Position numbers and translations under genes: made by a program. Positions 23,418 to 34,123 of a DNA stretch of 64,000 bases are shown here, one piece after another; position 1 is the stretch's first letter; each line of letters starts with the position of its first letter. The stretch is from Podarcis tiliguerta (Eukaryota): assembly GCA_965153285.1 (NCBI GenBank), contig OZ229115.1; one strand, given 5' to 3'. Below the pieces are notes generated by a model. It did no database searches, had not been told where the DNA came from, and was given only the letters and a program-made list of their open reading frames with translations.

Positions 23418-25032
23418 ATAAGGGATTCTCTTTTCTTTATGTTATATTAATCAACTGAAATGTGTTTTGCCATTTTAAGCTACACAAATACATTTTTAAA
23501 AAAGAAACAACTCAAGCCTGCTGTGTATTATTTAACAGGCTTGTTCTGTGAATAATTGTATCAAAAGCTATGAACTTAAATAATATTGTTATGTAACTGT
23601 CTTTCTTGGTTGCTCCTTTGGGGAGGGGAGTATTTCATATTCATCACCAACTGCTGGCTTTTATTACTGAAATTACTATTGAATTAGTCCCAGAACAATT
23701 TATTTTTGAGGAGGAGGGGAGGTTTGGCTCAATAATGCTTTCAAATTATTTCATGGGAAAGACTGTGGAGATGATGATGATGATGATTTTCTATACTACT
23801 TTATATTTTAAAGAAGAAAAAAACTACAAGAAAACAACCCAGAATCAAACAGTGTGAAGGAGATGAAGTACAGAATGCACATTTAATGCAGCAAAGTTAA
23901 CAAAAAAAAGAAAAGAAAATTAGCTATGCCTTTCAAAAGAAAACATTATTAAAGGAAGTAAAATATAAAATGCACATTTAAAATAGCATAATTGGCAAGA
24001 GAAAAGAAAATTATCATGATGTTGGCATCCCTCTGTCTCAGGAGACAATGGAAGAGTGAACCTTCAGGGGTAAACTCAAACCATTGGAGAGTTACAGCAC
24101 TTTCTGTGACTGTAGAGACCGATAAGGGAGAGACATGTTTTATCGCAGATGGGGCAGAAGAAGGCATCTGGTTTTGCAGAAGTATAGAGCATATCTGCTG
24201 CTGTTGCTGCCAATCCTGCCAATAGTGGTAGGCAGCAGCGGTAGAAACTCAGGCTTGATGACCTGGATCTGTGCTAAGATACAGCCCAGATGGTCTCTGG
24301 CCTCTTCAGCAGCCTCAACCTTTGTAGCTGGAGTCAGTCCTGATTCTTCCTTCCCAGGCCACGTGGGAAAAAGTCTGCAAAGCAGGGAGCAGGTCTTCCA
24401 TAGCCAAGATGGTACAGAATAATGCTACATTCCAGCACAAACCTAGGATCTATCAAGACTGGTTGACATAGAGCTTTAAGTGATAATAGGAACCAAAGGC
24501 AAGCCCTGCTGGACCAGGCTGAAGACCCATCTAATCTATCTTCCTTTTCTCACAGTGGCCATCCTGATGCCTGTGGGAAGCTCACAAGCAGGACATGAGA
24601 GCCACAGCACACTCCCCTATGGGATTCCCATCAACTGGGGTTCAGGGCCATGCTGCCTTCCTTGTGAAGGGAAATGGCAGAAGGGAAGGAAGACAAAGTT
24701 GAGAATGAACTTTGACCTGCAGGTGAGTCTGTCTACTTAGTGCCACTGAACTGCAACAGGAGATCATTTATGGCAAGTAGGCATTTTCATGTCAGCTTAT
24801 CAGCTTACGAATCTCCTTAGTGCTTGATGGCTAATTCTCAAAACAGGAAGCAATAATTTAACAGTACTGATTCATACCCGCTATGGTCAGACACTTGATT
24901 TCTCTCAAGGTCTTTGTTCACATGCATTGGGTTATATTTGGAAAAGTGGATTGCTGCAGGGATAAATGGGTATGATTTGTTTTTCTTAGCTCCGCCAACA
25001 GAGTCCTTGGAAAAAAGAAAAGAAAAGGCAAA

Positions 25033-25822
25033 GCGTGTTCTCAATAAAGGAGAGCACGTGTTGCGGATGGGGCACGTGTTTCAAAGGGATGGAACTGGAT
25101 TGGTGGTTGGTGTTACTGGGGTAAATTTGATGTTGCCAATTTAGGGGTGGGATCAGAGCTTATTTAAACAAGGTGCACAGCATTTTCCTTTCTCTTTCGC
25201 TGTGGGCACCGGATCACCCGCCCGCCCTCCCTTGATTGGGCTTGCGCTTTGACCTTGCTATTGCCTGTCTAGGGGTCGCCTGCATTGGTGCGGGGGCCTG
25301 GTAGGAATTTACCCTTTGGCTGATTAGTGCGTGCCAATTGGGTTTTGCCTACTGCGTAGCAAATCGTCACAACTTGTAAGGTTGGCGGTTAGGCATTGGT
25401 TAAAATTGGTTGGTGGAGGGGTGTGGATTGGCTGTGCCTACCCCTCCAATGCTGCTGCTGCACGGGAATTCCGTTAAAGGAATTCAGGGGCTTACCACCC
25501 CCCTCGTCCAAACCCTTGGTGCAGGGTGCGGGCCGCGTAAGCTCCTGGGAGCAGGCAGGGATGGTACTGAGGGTCTGAACAGCGCAGCTCCAGTAATCCC
25601 TGGGTCCTGTTCCTCCACACTGGCTCCCGCCGGAGTCCGGGAGTCAGTGCTGTCCCCCAAGGCGGGGGGGACAGCTAGTCATAACCAATGCCTAAGCAAC
25701 CACTCACAATTTGTATGATAATAAAGTTGTGGCCAAAATTATGCCAAAAACCTTAAACAAAAATGATGTGTGAAGTGTGAGTTATTGGGTTAGGGTGTTT
25801 TGGGGGACCTCAGCACGCAAAA
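25033..25822 (+). mobile_element. LTR-like structured non-coding repeat, copy B (possibly DIRS/Ngaro-type terminal repeat)
   Basis: CCAAT 25136-25140, TATTTAAA 25161-25168, AATAAA 25720-25725, ends GCGTGT...CACGCAAAA; motif order shared with copies A and C; no TSD. Confidence 0.7.
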
Positions 25823-26771
25823 CAGTTGCAAACACATGGATGACAATATCATACTGCCTGGGTTCTGAGATCTTCCGGAGAGACCCTAGAGCATCCTATT
25901 AAATTGTAGCAGCTTAGCCTATGGGAGCTCAGCAAAACCATGCCAAATTTCTAGCCCATTTTCTGAATATGTATGAGATGGTGTTATGAGTTGATATGCA
26001 GGTCTGCTGTTCAGTTGCTGCTTCCGCCCTTCAGTTTCCTGTATGACTAGGTATTACAGGGAAGAGAGGCATTTTCTTATTTTGCACTGAGTTTTTGCAA
26101 CTGGTGTTTGTAGATTAGATCTCTTTAATAAAATTCCTTTTCCACATGTACATCTGATATTCATGCACCAGGCTCCCTTTTTCTCTCTCTCATTTTCTAA
26201 CTGCTAATCTTTCCTGACAAGTTGAGAGCTGTTGACTGCAAGGTGGTTTGTTGAATCAAGATTCCACGCTAAAAAATTTGGCGCCGCAGCATTAGTAATT
26301 GGAGTCTGAGCAAGCCCTACAAAAGCAGGCACACCCAGATTCTCTACCCACTTACCAGCATTCTTGCCACACCCAACAGCAGAAGAAAACTCCCAACCAA
26401 GCCTTCAAATCTTGTAGCTTTAGGAGACAGTTCACCATCTTCCCTTTTTTTAAACCCTGGAGCTATAGATCTTGATTTTCATTGAAAATGGAGTTAGGTC
26501 AGGGTGACAAATCAATAAATGCTTGAGAAAGCATTCTGGTCCTGTACGTTTTGGAAATGAGAACAGAGAATGGTTCTTATGTGCTGTAAAATGTGGCTCA
26601 GATAAAATAATACACAACAGCATTTGAGAGTAAAGCACTGGTGTTTGCTAGTTGCTGTAAATGTAGTGCTCGGGTTAGGAAATGATCTCATACCAGGTCA
26701 GGCTCCTTGTCCATCTAGCTCAGTATTGTCAGCTCTGAGGGAAGGCAGCTCAGTTCTCCAGGCTGAGAGTC

Positions 26772-27558
26772 TTTTGCGTGTTTAGACCCAGAGACCTCCC
26801 CCCTAAATAAATTCACACAAATTTTAGTTTTGGTTTTTGGCAGAATTTAGGCCACAACTTTATTGATTACAGAAGGTGAGTGGTTGCACAGGTTCTGGTT
26901 CGACTAGCTCCCTGCACCCTTGCAGGCAGCGCTGACCCAGGGCACCAGCATAGGTCAGCCAATGGAGAACACCTGTGTAGGCGAAAAGCTGGGAACAGAC
27001 TATGTTCACCACCCAGATGCTCCCCTGGACTCAGGCATGGGCACAACCCCCTCTCGAGGGTTGACCAAATCAGTTGAGTCCCTGGATTCCTTTAACGGAA
27101 TACCCTTCATATAGGGATGGCAAGACTGCTCTCACATCCCTATCACCTGAACCAGTGCCTATCCACAACCTTACAAGCTGTGACAATTTGCTACACTGCA
27201 GGCAAAACCTAAATGGCAACAGCCAATCAGCCAAGTGGGGAAATTCCTGTTGTGCCCCTGTCCCAGCGACAGACGACACATGACGGCATAGCAAGGTCAG
27301 TCGCACAATGCCCTAAAATTAGGGAGAGGTAGGTGGGTGTTCTGAATGCATGAGCTGAAAGAGGAAGCTCTGGGTCACATGCATGGGTATATATAGGTCC
27401 CTAAATCAGTTTAGACTGCGCCCCATTGGCCAGATTGAACCCAACATCAAGGGACCTTCCAATCGGGTGTTGTGGCTAACCCATCCAACCCACCCACAAC
27501 ACAGGAGGTCCGTCTCCAGGTCTCACCACAACACGTGCCGTCTTTTAGGGAGGACATG
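26772..27558 (-). mobile_element. LTR-like structured non-coding repeat, copy C
   Basis: On the minus strand: CCAAT (27425-27429), TATATATA (27388-27395), AATAAAGTTGTGGCC (26850-26864) and end CACGCAAAA. Alignable in blocks to copy B. Confidence 0.7.
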
Positions 27559-28377
27559 ATCTGCCTCAGAGGTGGGAACATTTACTTTATTTCTTTTATT
27601 AGAACACCAAGATACACAAGCTAAAACTATATGCAAAAGACATCCACTTAGAATTAACAGGGTGCCTCTGAGCACATTCTGAGCCTAGAAATTTGTTTTC
27701 AGTGCTAGACCTGAATTGAACTCACAGTCTGAATTGAACATACTACTTCTTTATATATCCCCAGAGAACTAGAGGGCCGTTTGATAAGCTATTTGAAGTT
27801 CAGTTCCTATCCATGTTCTATTCCAACTGCTCATATATGGGAGGCCCTGAATTTTTTTAGAGTAGAGGTTGTTGTTGTTTGCCGGTTCTCCTCCTGTGCC
27901 TTTTTCTGTTCTGATGTGACACCCAGAAACCTAAGCAAGTACAGCTGTTTCCAGCACAAGATGGAGCAGTGGGAAAGGTTATCTTCCTATGCTTAGTTTT
28001 TGCATATCCAGCAGATGCTTAAAGGCAAAGGAGCAGCGGCAGTAAGAAGTCGTCAACCCTATTTGAAAGCAGAAAAATGAACTGCAATGCGGGGCTTTTC
28101 CAGACGCTGGCTTTTCAGAGGGTGTAGTGGGGAAAGGCCGCACAGTCATCAGTAATCCCTCAGTTATCCTACCTGATGACCTAATAGGTGCAGCTGTTAT
28201 GAGGAAATCAGAATATCCCTGCAATCGGACCACAGGGTGGCAGAGCGCAATGTTTTATAGGGAGAAGTCCCTGGTTTAATACCTGACACCTCGCTGCATG
28301 TACAAATGCTCTGACTGGGTATAGGTACCTTCCTAGGTTCCACAAAATGTAAATGTAATTGTTACAAAACAGCTGAC

Positions 28378-28731
28378 CAGTGGCGGAGCAAGCTGATTGG
28401 GCGCCTGGGGTGGCGCGTGTGCCCTGTGTCCATGGGGGCAGGGTCAGCCACCCATGGGGTGAGCCGGGGCAGGATGCTCCAAGGGGGCTTCCAAGGAGTC
28501 CACCTGTCTCCTCCCACTCAGCAGCCTTGCAGCTGAGGGGGAGGTGGCGGGCGGACCGTTTGGGGCAGCATGGAGCCTGCAGGCGCCCAAGCCACTGTGT
28601 CACTCCCAGGAGAGACACTTGGCTTGGGCGTGCTGCAGACCCGCGGTGAGTGCCGCCCAGCATTTTGTCACCCCCCTCAGTGGTGACACCCGGGGTGGAC
28701 TGCTCCCACCGCCCCCCTTCCTCCGCCCCTG
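28378..28731. mobile_element. hAT-family MITE
   Basis: TIRs CAGTGGCGGAG / CTCCGCCCCTG; 8-bp TSD cagctgac at 28370-28377 and 28732-28739. Confidence 0.88.
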
Positions 28732-29859
28732 CAGCTGACCCCCTTTTTGCTCTAGAAAGCACAACTGCCCTCCATCCACCCAAAAATGCTTTTGGGTTAT
28801 ACAGTGCTATTTTTCTAGAAAAAGAGATGCCAGAACTCACCATATTTTTCCACAGGAGAAATAAATGTACGCTGGACACAATAGTGCTATCTGACCAACT
28901 GAATATGCAATAAGAGGCAGAGCTTCTTTTTCAAAGAGTTGTGTGCCATTAGCCTGCGTAGTTCAAATGAATAAGAAATGAAATTCAGCCTAATGAATAC
29001 TGAGTAAGTCACCTAAAGAAATGCACCTTTTTATTTTCACCATATCCTTTGCTCTTTTCCTTGAATGAACTGGACATTTGAATGAGATTGCCAGAAAAAA
29101 TGTGGCTATATATTTTATGAGCACTGTTCACATGAAATATTACTCCTAAATAAGTGAAATGTGACCCATCTCTCATTTTGGATCAAGAGTTACTTGACTC
29201 AGAGTAACCTTGTTGAGACCAAACTCCTGAGGACACAATTCCTTTTCATTTATTTCATTTTGGACCTTTCACTCAAAGGAAGAGCCTTGGCTAGGGATGC
29301 ACAAATCTGTCAGTTTTCTTTTCTTTCACTTTCTCATCTTTCCAGTCTTAGATTCAGTTTTCCACATTTCTGCCTCAGCTTGTGATATTATTTTATTTTA
29401 TTGAAAACGTCCCCCATCCTGAAAATTCACCAGCCTTTTTGTTCAAATTTCTCCTGTTTATACAAGCAGTTTCCCCTAATATAATGCATGTTATATGTGG
29501 TTTTTCACTAATATGTGCAATTTATTGTACATATGCCCCTAACAGACACATTTTTGTATAATGCAGAACTGCATTTTGAGAAGTGTGACTTTAGAAGGAA
29601 AGCTGTGCCTTTGTCTGCATTCTGGAAAGTGTGAATTAAACCTAACTGCACCAAATTCCTCCATCTCTTGGGTGGTTTTAGAAAACCAATATTCTTTTGA
29701 AAAGATTTACTTTGGAGTTATGGATTCCCTTACTTATGGGTACAACAAAGCAAAACCAAACTGCTCTCTTCCTGCTGTTTTAAAAGTTACTGTGACATAT
29801 TTTCTTTTTTTTTATGTCCTTTTCTTAGTGGATGAAAAAATCCATAGTTCACATCGGTG

Positions 29860-30091
29860 AATAAACATGTGCTCATTGTCTAGGAGGTATAATGAGTTAT
29901 ATTGTAAATGGGTGTGTCTGTCTGAAGAGATCATTGAATCACTCCTTGTATCATTATTACTACACCCACAACAGCTTACTTCCCCAGGTGAGGCGTGTTT
30001 AAAATCGGAGATTGAAAGCACAAGAGGCCAGGTGTGGGATTCATGTTGACCCCGGCAAGCAAGAGGAGGAAAAATCCCAGAGAAGAAGCAG
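29860..30091 (+). promoter_or_regulatory. LAMB3: Candidate LAMB3 promoter and non-coding exon 1
   Basis: CACCC/GGGTG boxes, AP-1-like TGAATCA (~29935), TTTAAAA (~29998), two CAGGTG E-boxes and a good donor CAG|GTAGGT at 30091/30092, about 1.5 kb upstream of the ATG exon. Inferred; no transcript evidence. Confidence 0.45.
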
Positions 30092-31258
30092 GTAGGTTCT
30101 ACAGAGTGTGGGATTGGGAGCTGTACATTATCCCACTTGGCACAGCTTCTGTGGCACAACGGAATTCTGTATTTTAGTTGAGAAACTGCTATTGTGCTTC
30201 TAGCAGGCTGCCGATTCGTGATTGTGAGGATTTAGTTACAAGGCTTGCATTGTTTAGTCAAGTTTTGAATCAGTTATTCTAGGATGCTTGCAACATTTCC
30301 AGAAAGGTTAAGGGGGATTTTGCTATCCAGAATGAAGTAGACAAAAATAAAAATAAAATAAAATAAAGATAAACGCTGGGAACAATAGCACACGCTGCAA
30401 GTAAAAGTTGAGAAAATAGCTTACTTGCTGTGTCGATTGACATTTAAGAGTTATCTGTTTGCCATGTTTTTGTAGACTGATTTGTAAAAGTGAGCTTCAG
30501 AGGCAGCAAATTAGTCAGTCTCTGAAAAATAAGGTTCTCCAAAGTCCATGTGGAAATTTAGGGTTTTTTTGTTCCCCAGAGAGAATAGAATGAAAGAACT
30601 CAGCTGCAGTTGATTAGTGCTTCGGAGAGAGTCTTATCTTTTATGTATTCAAAGAGGTTTTATGCAAATACAAATAGGCAAAAGGTGAACTGAGAAGAAG
30701 CTATTATGTCCCTAAGCTAAAGAGGGCACCTTTGAAATAGCCACATTTTAGAATCAGTCTCTCACACAAGCAAGCTGGGCAGTGAATATTAGGCTATGCA
30801 TAACTTTGGCCTAGTTTTGCATAGGGTGCACAGAAATGCAGATGTGAGCCATATGAATTGCACTGTCAGTCTTATATTAGATGTATGTCAAAGTGCAACT
30901 GAATGCACAGTCAGCACTACAGAAAACTTTTATTACTGATCCTATTGTTCCATTTGCATCTTCAGCGTTAGGAATGAGCTTGTCCCATAAATCATTGTTT
31001 CTGAATTTAAAGGGGGTTACTGCTGATACGTTCCCAGGCAGCTGACAGTTTTTCCATGACTGCATTTCCCCATTCACTGCCATGAAGAAGGCATTTGTGT
31101 TATATATATATGTGCTTGTCTGTCTATCTGTCTATCAAGTGCTTTTTTTTCTGAAAAAATGTTTAGGCGTACTCTCATTTTCCTACTCATATTGAAATAC
31201 TGCCCCTCAATGAGGCCAAACCCACAAGATGTTTAGGGATATGCCCCCCCCAAAGCAC

Positions 31259-31295
<37 letters not shown>
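31259..31295. repeat. (TATC)n microsatellite
   Basis: Directly visible. Confidence 0.9.
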
Positions 31296-31298
<3 letters not shown>

Positions 31299-31599
31299 GC
31301 ACAAAGCTGTCTCCACCACTGAAGGGACTAGATAGCGGTCTTGGCTAGAGGAGGCCTGTGTGACAATGTGCATTTTATCCCTTCCATCTGCTTCCTTCTG
31401 CATTGAGTTTGCACTTCTTTACATTGCAGGAGCAACCACAGTGAAATGGCATAATTGCAAACCAGTGGTGAAAAGCTGGTAATCAGAGATAGGTTAATGG
31501 GTTGAGGGATTGTCCTTTTCTGTGTCTTCATCTGTGCCACTGAATTTATGCTTTACATTCATTTCAGGTGAATTTTTAGCGTTACGAAATCTCAGCATC

Positions 31600-31624
31600 A
31601 TGTGGATATTTCTTTTTTTTCTGG
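31600..31624 (+). CDS. LAMB3: Laminin beta-3, first coding exon (exon starts 31568; signal peptide MWIFLFFL)
   Basis: Acceptor tttcag|, ATG at 31600, phase-1 donor G|GTAAGT; joins the next exon to give the signal peptide [16 protein letters not shown]. Confidence 0.8.
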
Positions 31625-31967
31625 GTAAGTGTTGGCATTCTAAGCATGCATCTGCCAAAAAGAAAATGAAGTCTTTGAGATTTGTTTTTCATGAAAAGCA
31701 CAGAGGTAAAATCAGTTGTCCAAGATGGTTGGATATAATCGCTAACTGAAACTGGTTAAAAATTGTATGCATTCTACTAAAGACCACTCACAATAAGTAC
31801 TTGGTGTTAAGATAGGGACAACCTCATCTTTGATATCTACCACAATCAAAATATGCTACTGAGTAGTAGGCTGGGGCAGAAATTATAGATGTAGCAGACC
31901 GTGTAGCAGGGCAGAGGCGCTTACCTGACCTCCTGGCAGGTGAGTCGCTGCTGCTTACCAGGAGGGG

Positions 31968-32333
31968 GATGCAGGTGGTCTAAACCCCTGAGCCTCTTGG
32001 GCTTGATGATCAGAAGGTCAGAGGTTTGATTCCCCGCAGCGAGGTGAGCTCCTGTTGCTCTGACCTGCCAACCTAGCAGTTTGAAAGCATGCCAGTGCAA
32101 GTAGATAAATAGGTACTGCTGCAGCGGGAAGGTAGACGGTGTTTCCGTGTGCTCTGGTTTCCACCACAGTGTTCTGTTGTGCCAGAAGCGGTTTAGTCAT
32201 GCTGGCCACATGACCTGGAAAGCTGTCTGTGGACAAACACCAGCTCCCTTGGCCAGAAAGCTAGATGAGTGCCACAACCCCATAGTTGCCTTTGACTGGA
32301 CTTAACCGTCCAGGGGTCCTTTACCCTTTACTT
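31968..32333 (+). mobile_element. Sauria SINE (diverged subfamily)
   Basis: Body gtgcaagtagataaataggtac...; TSD ttaccaggagggg at 31955-31967 and 32334-32346. Confidence 0.85.
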
Positions 32334-32401
32334 TTACCAGGAGGGGAAAGGGGGCTGTGAGGTTGCTGTGGTGAAAACATGCAAGAGAACACGCAGTCTT
32401 A

Positions 32402-32542
32402 GCGGAGGGATAGCTCAGTTGGTAGAGCATGAAACTATTAATCTCAGGGCCATGGATTCAAGTGAAATATTCCTGTATTGCAGGGGTTGGACTAGATGAA
32501 CCTGAGGATCCCATCCAATGCCATAATTCTATGAATCTATGA
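32402..32542 (+). mobile_element. tRNA-derived SINE with CR1-like tail
   Basis: Head tagctcagttggtagagcatg, tail attctatgaatctatga. Confidence 0.7.
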
Positions 32543-33006
32543 ATGATCAGCATATTACTCGTATCAGTTAAAAAGATGGGTGGTTGTTTGACATAATAGC
32601 ATAAATAGTGCTTTTGAATATTTAAGGTAGATACATTATCTCAGTAATCCTTGCAACAACCCTTTAAGGTGGGTCAGTATTGAAGAGACCTGCACGTATT
32701 GCAGATTAGGGGCAAATGTGTGCAGTCCTGTACATGTCTACTCAGAAGTAAGCCCTGTTTAGTCAACTGGGGCTTACTCCCAGGATGGGTGTCTGAGTGA
32801 CCACCTTGATGCCATTGAGTCCACAGCAGGAAGTGAGATTTCACAGAACCGCTTCTAATTTCTAGTTAATTCACAACCATACTACACCAGCTGTTACGTT
32901 ATCTCTGACAGCTTCTGGGAAACCAGCAGGTTTTACGTTGCTATGATGATTTTTAAAATCTCCTTTTGTCTTTATTAACTGAAATTTGGTTCTTGTTTCA
33001 TTCTAG

Positions 33007-33161
33007 CTTCACCACACCTCCTGGCTGCCCAGTCTACCTGCTCACATGGAGCTTGTTATCCACCTGTGCGAGACCTTCTGGTAGGAAGAATCCATCACTT
33101 GAAAGCCTCTTCTACCTGTGGACTTGTCCAACCTGAAACTTACTGCACTCCATATGGGGAA
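33007..33161 (+). CDS. LAMB3: LAMB3 coding exon 2 (start of LN domain)
   Basis: [51 protein letters not shown]; AG/GT boundaries, 155 nt. Confidence 0.95.
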
Positions 33162-33930
33162 GTACGTATGGCATAAGTATCTTTTATTCACACAGGAAAG
33201 GTACATTGTCTAGCAGCACTGGCTGTCGTTTTGTGTTCGCCACTGAACAGAAATGGCAGTATTTAAACACTAAGGGGCCTCCTCAGCTTCCCAGAATATG
33301 CAATGCCTGGTTGCAGAGACGTATCAGAATTTTAATCAGGCTTAAAGGCAAGAAGTAAAAACGTTAGATATTTCCCATAGGCTTCAGTTCTCCTCCATAA
33401 CACATCCGACAGGGGCCAAGTTACATGTTGCAACAAGCAATAATGTTCTGTATGCCTTTTCTGTTTTGATTGGTGCCCTTATTTGGTCAGTCCCTATGTG
33501 CCTCAGCATCAGGGGGAATTTAGGCTCCTCGTGTTAACTGTATTCATATCTTTTTGTTTGTTTGTTTTGCCCTTGTTCATTGAATGTCAGAGACATTCAG
33601 TTTTTACCTGTAGGAGTTTCTTGATTTAGGGCCTATGAGCACAGAGGTGGTTTTTTAAACATTCCAAATAAATTTATGTTCTCAGGATACCCAACAGAGT
33701 TGTAATTTAAAAATAAATAAATAATTTGTGCAAACAGATTTAATTTTTGGGGGGCCCCCCAAGAGAGTGGGGCCCTAAGCTATAGCTTGTTTAGTTTATA
33801 CATAAATCCGGCATTGATTGTGCTCACGTTCAGCACTAAAGATGACTCATAATGTAACTGTCTGGATGTTACCTTCAAATTTGGTCTCCCAAACACACAC
33901 ACTTTTCTGTGCTCTCAGTGAAGAAAAGTA

Positions 33931-34123
33931 CAGTGGTACCTCGGGTTACATACGCTTCAGGTTACAGACTCCGCTATCCCAGAAATAGTACCTCGGGTTA
34001 AGACCTTTGCTTCAGGATGAGAACAGAAATCATTAGCTAAAGTGGTGCTTCAGGTTAAGAACAGTTTCAGGTTAAGAACGGACCTCCGGAACGAATTAAG
34101 TACTTAACCCTGAGGTACCACTG
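33931..34123. mobile_element. pogo/Tigger-like MITE (same family as 2254-2514, opposite orientation, internally deleted)
   Basis: TA|CAGTGGTACCTC...GAGGTACCACTG|TA. Confidence 0.9.

Noticed and set aside
28208-28879. 223-aa ORF
   Set aside because: Runs through a GC-rich hAT MITE; no protein-like features.
32402-32465. tRNA-like sequences (also at 17494, 48855, 57640, 58538 and 62275)
   Set aside because: These are SINE heads followed by SINE bodies or tails; no intact cloverleaf.
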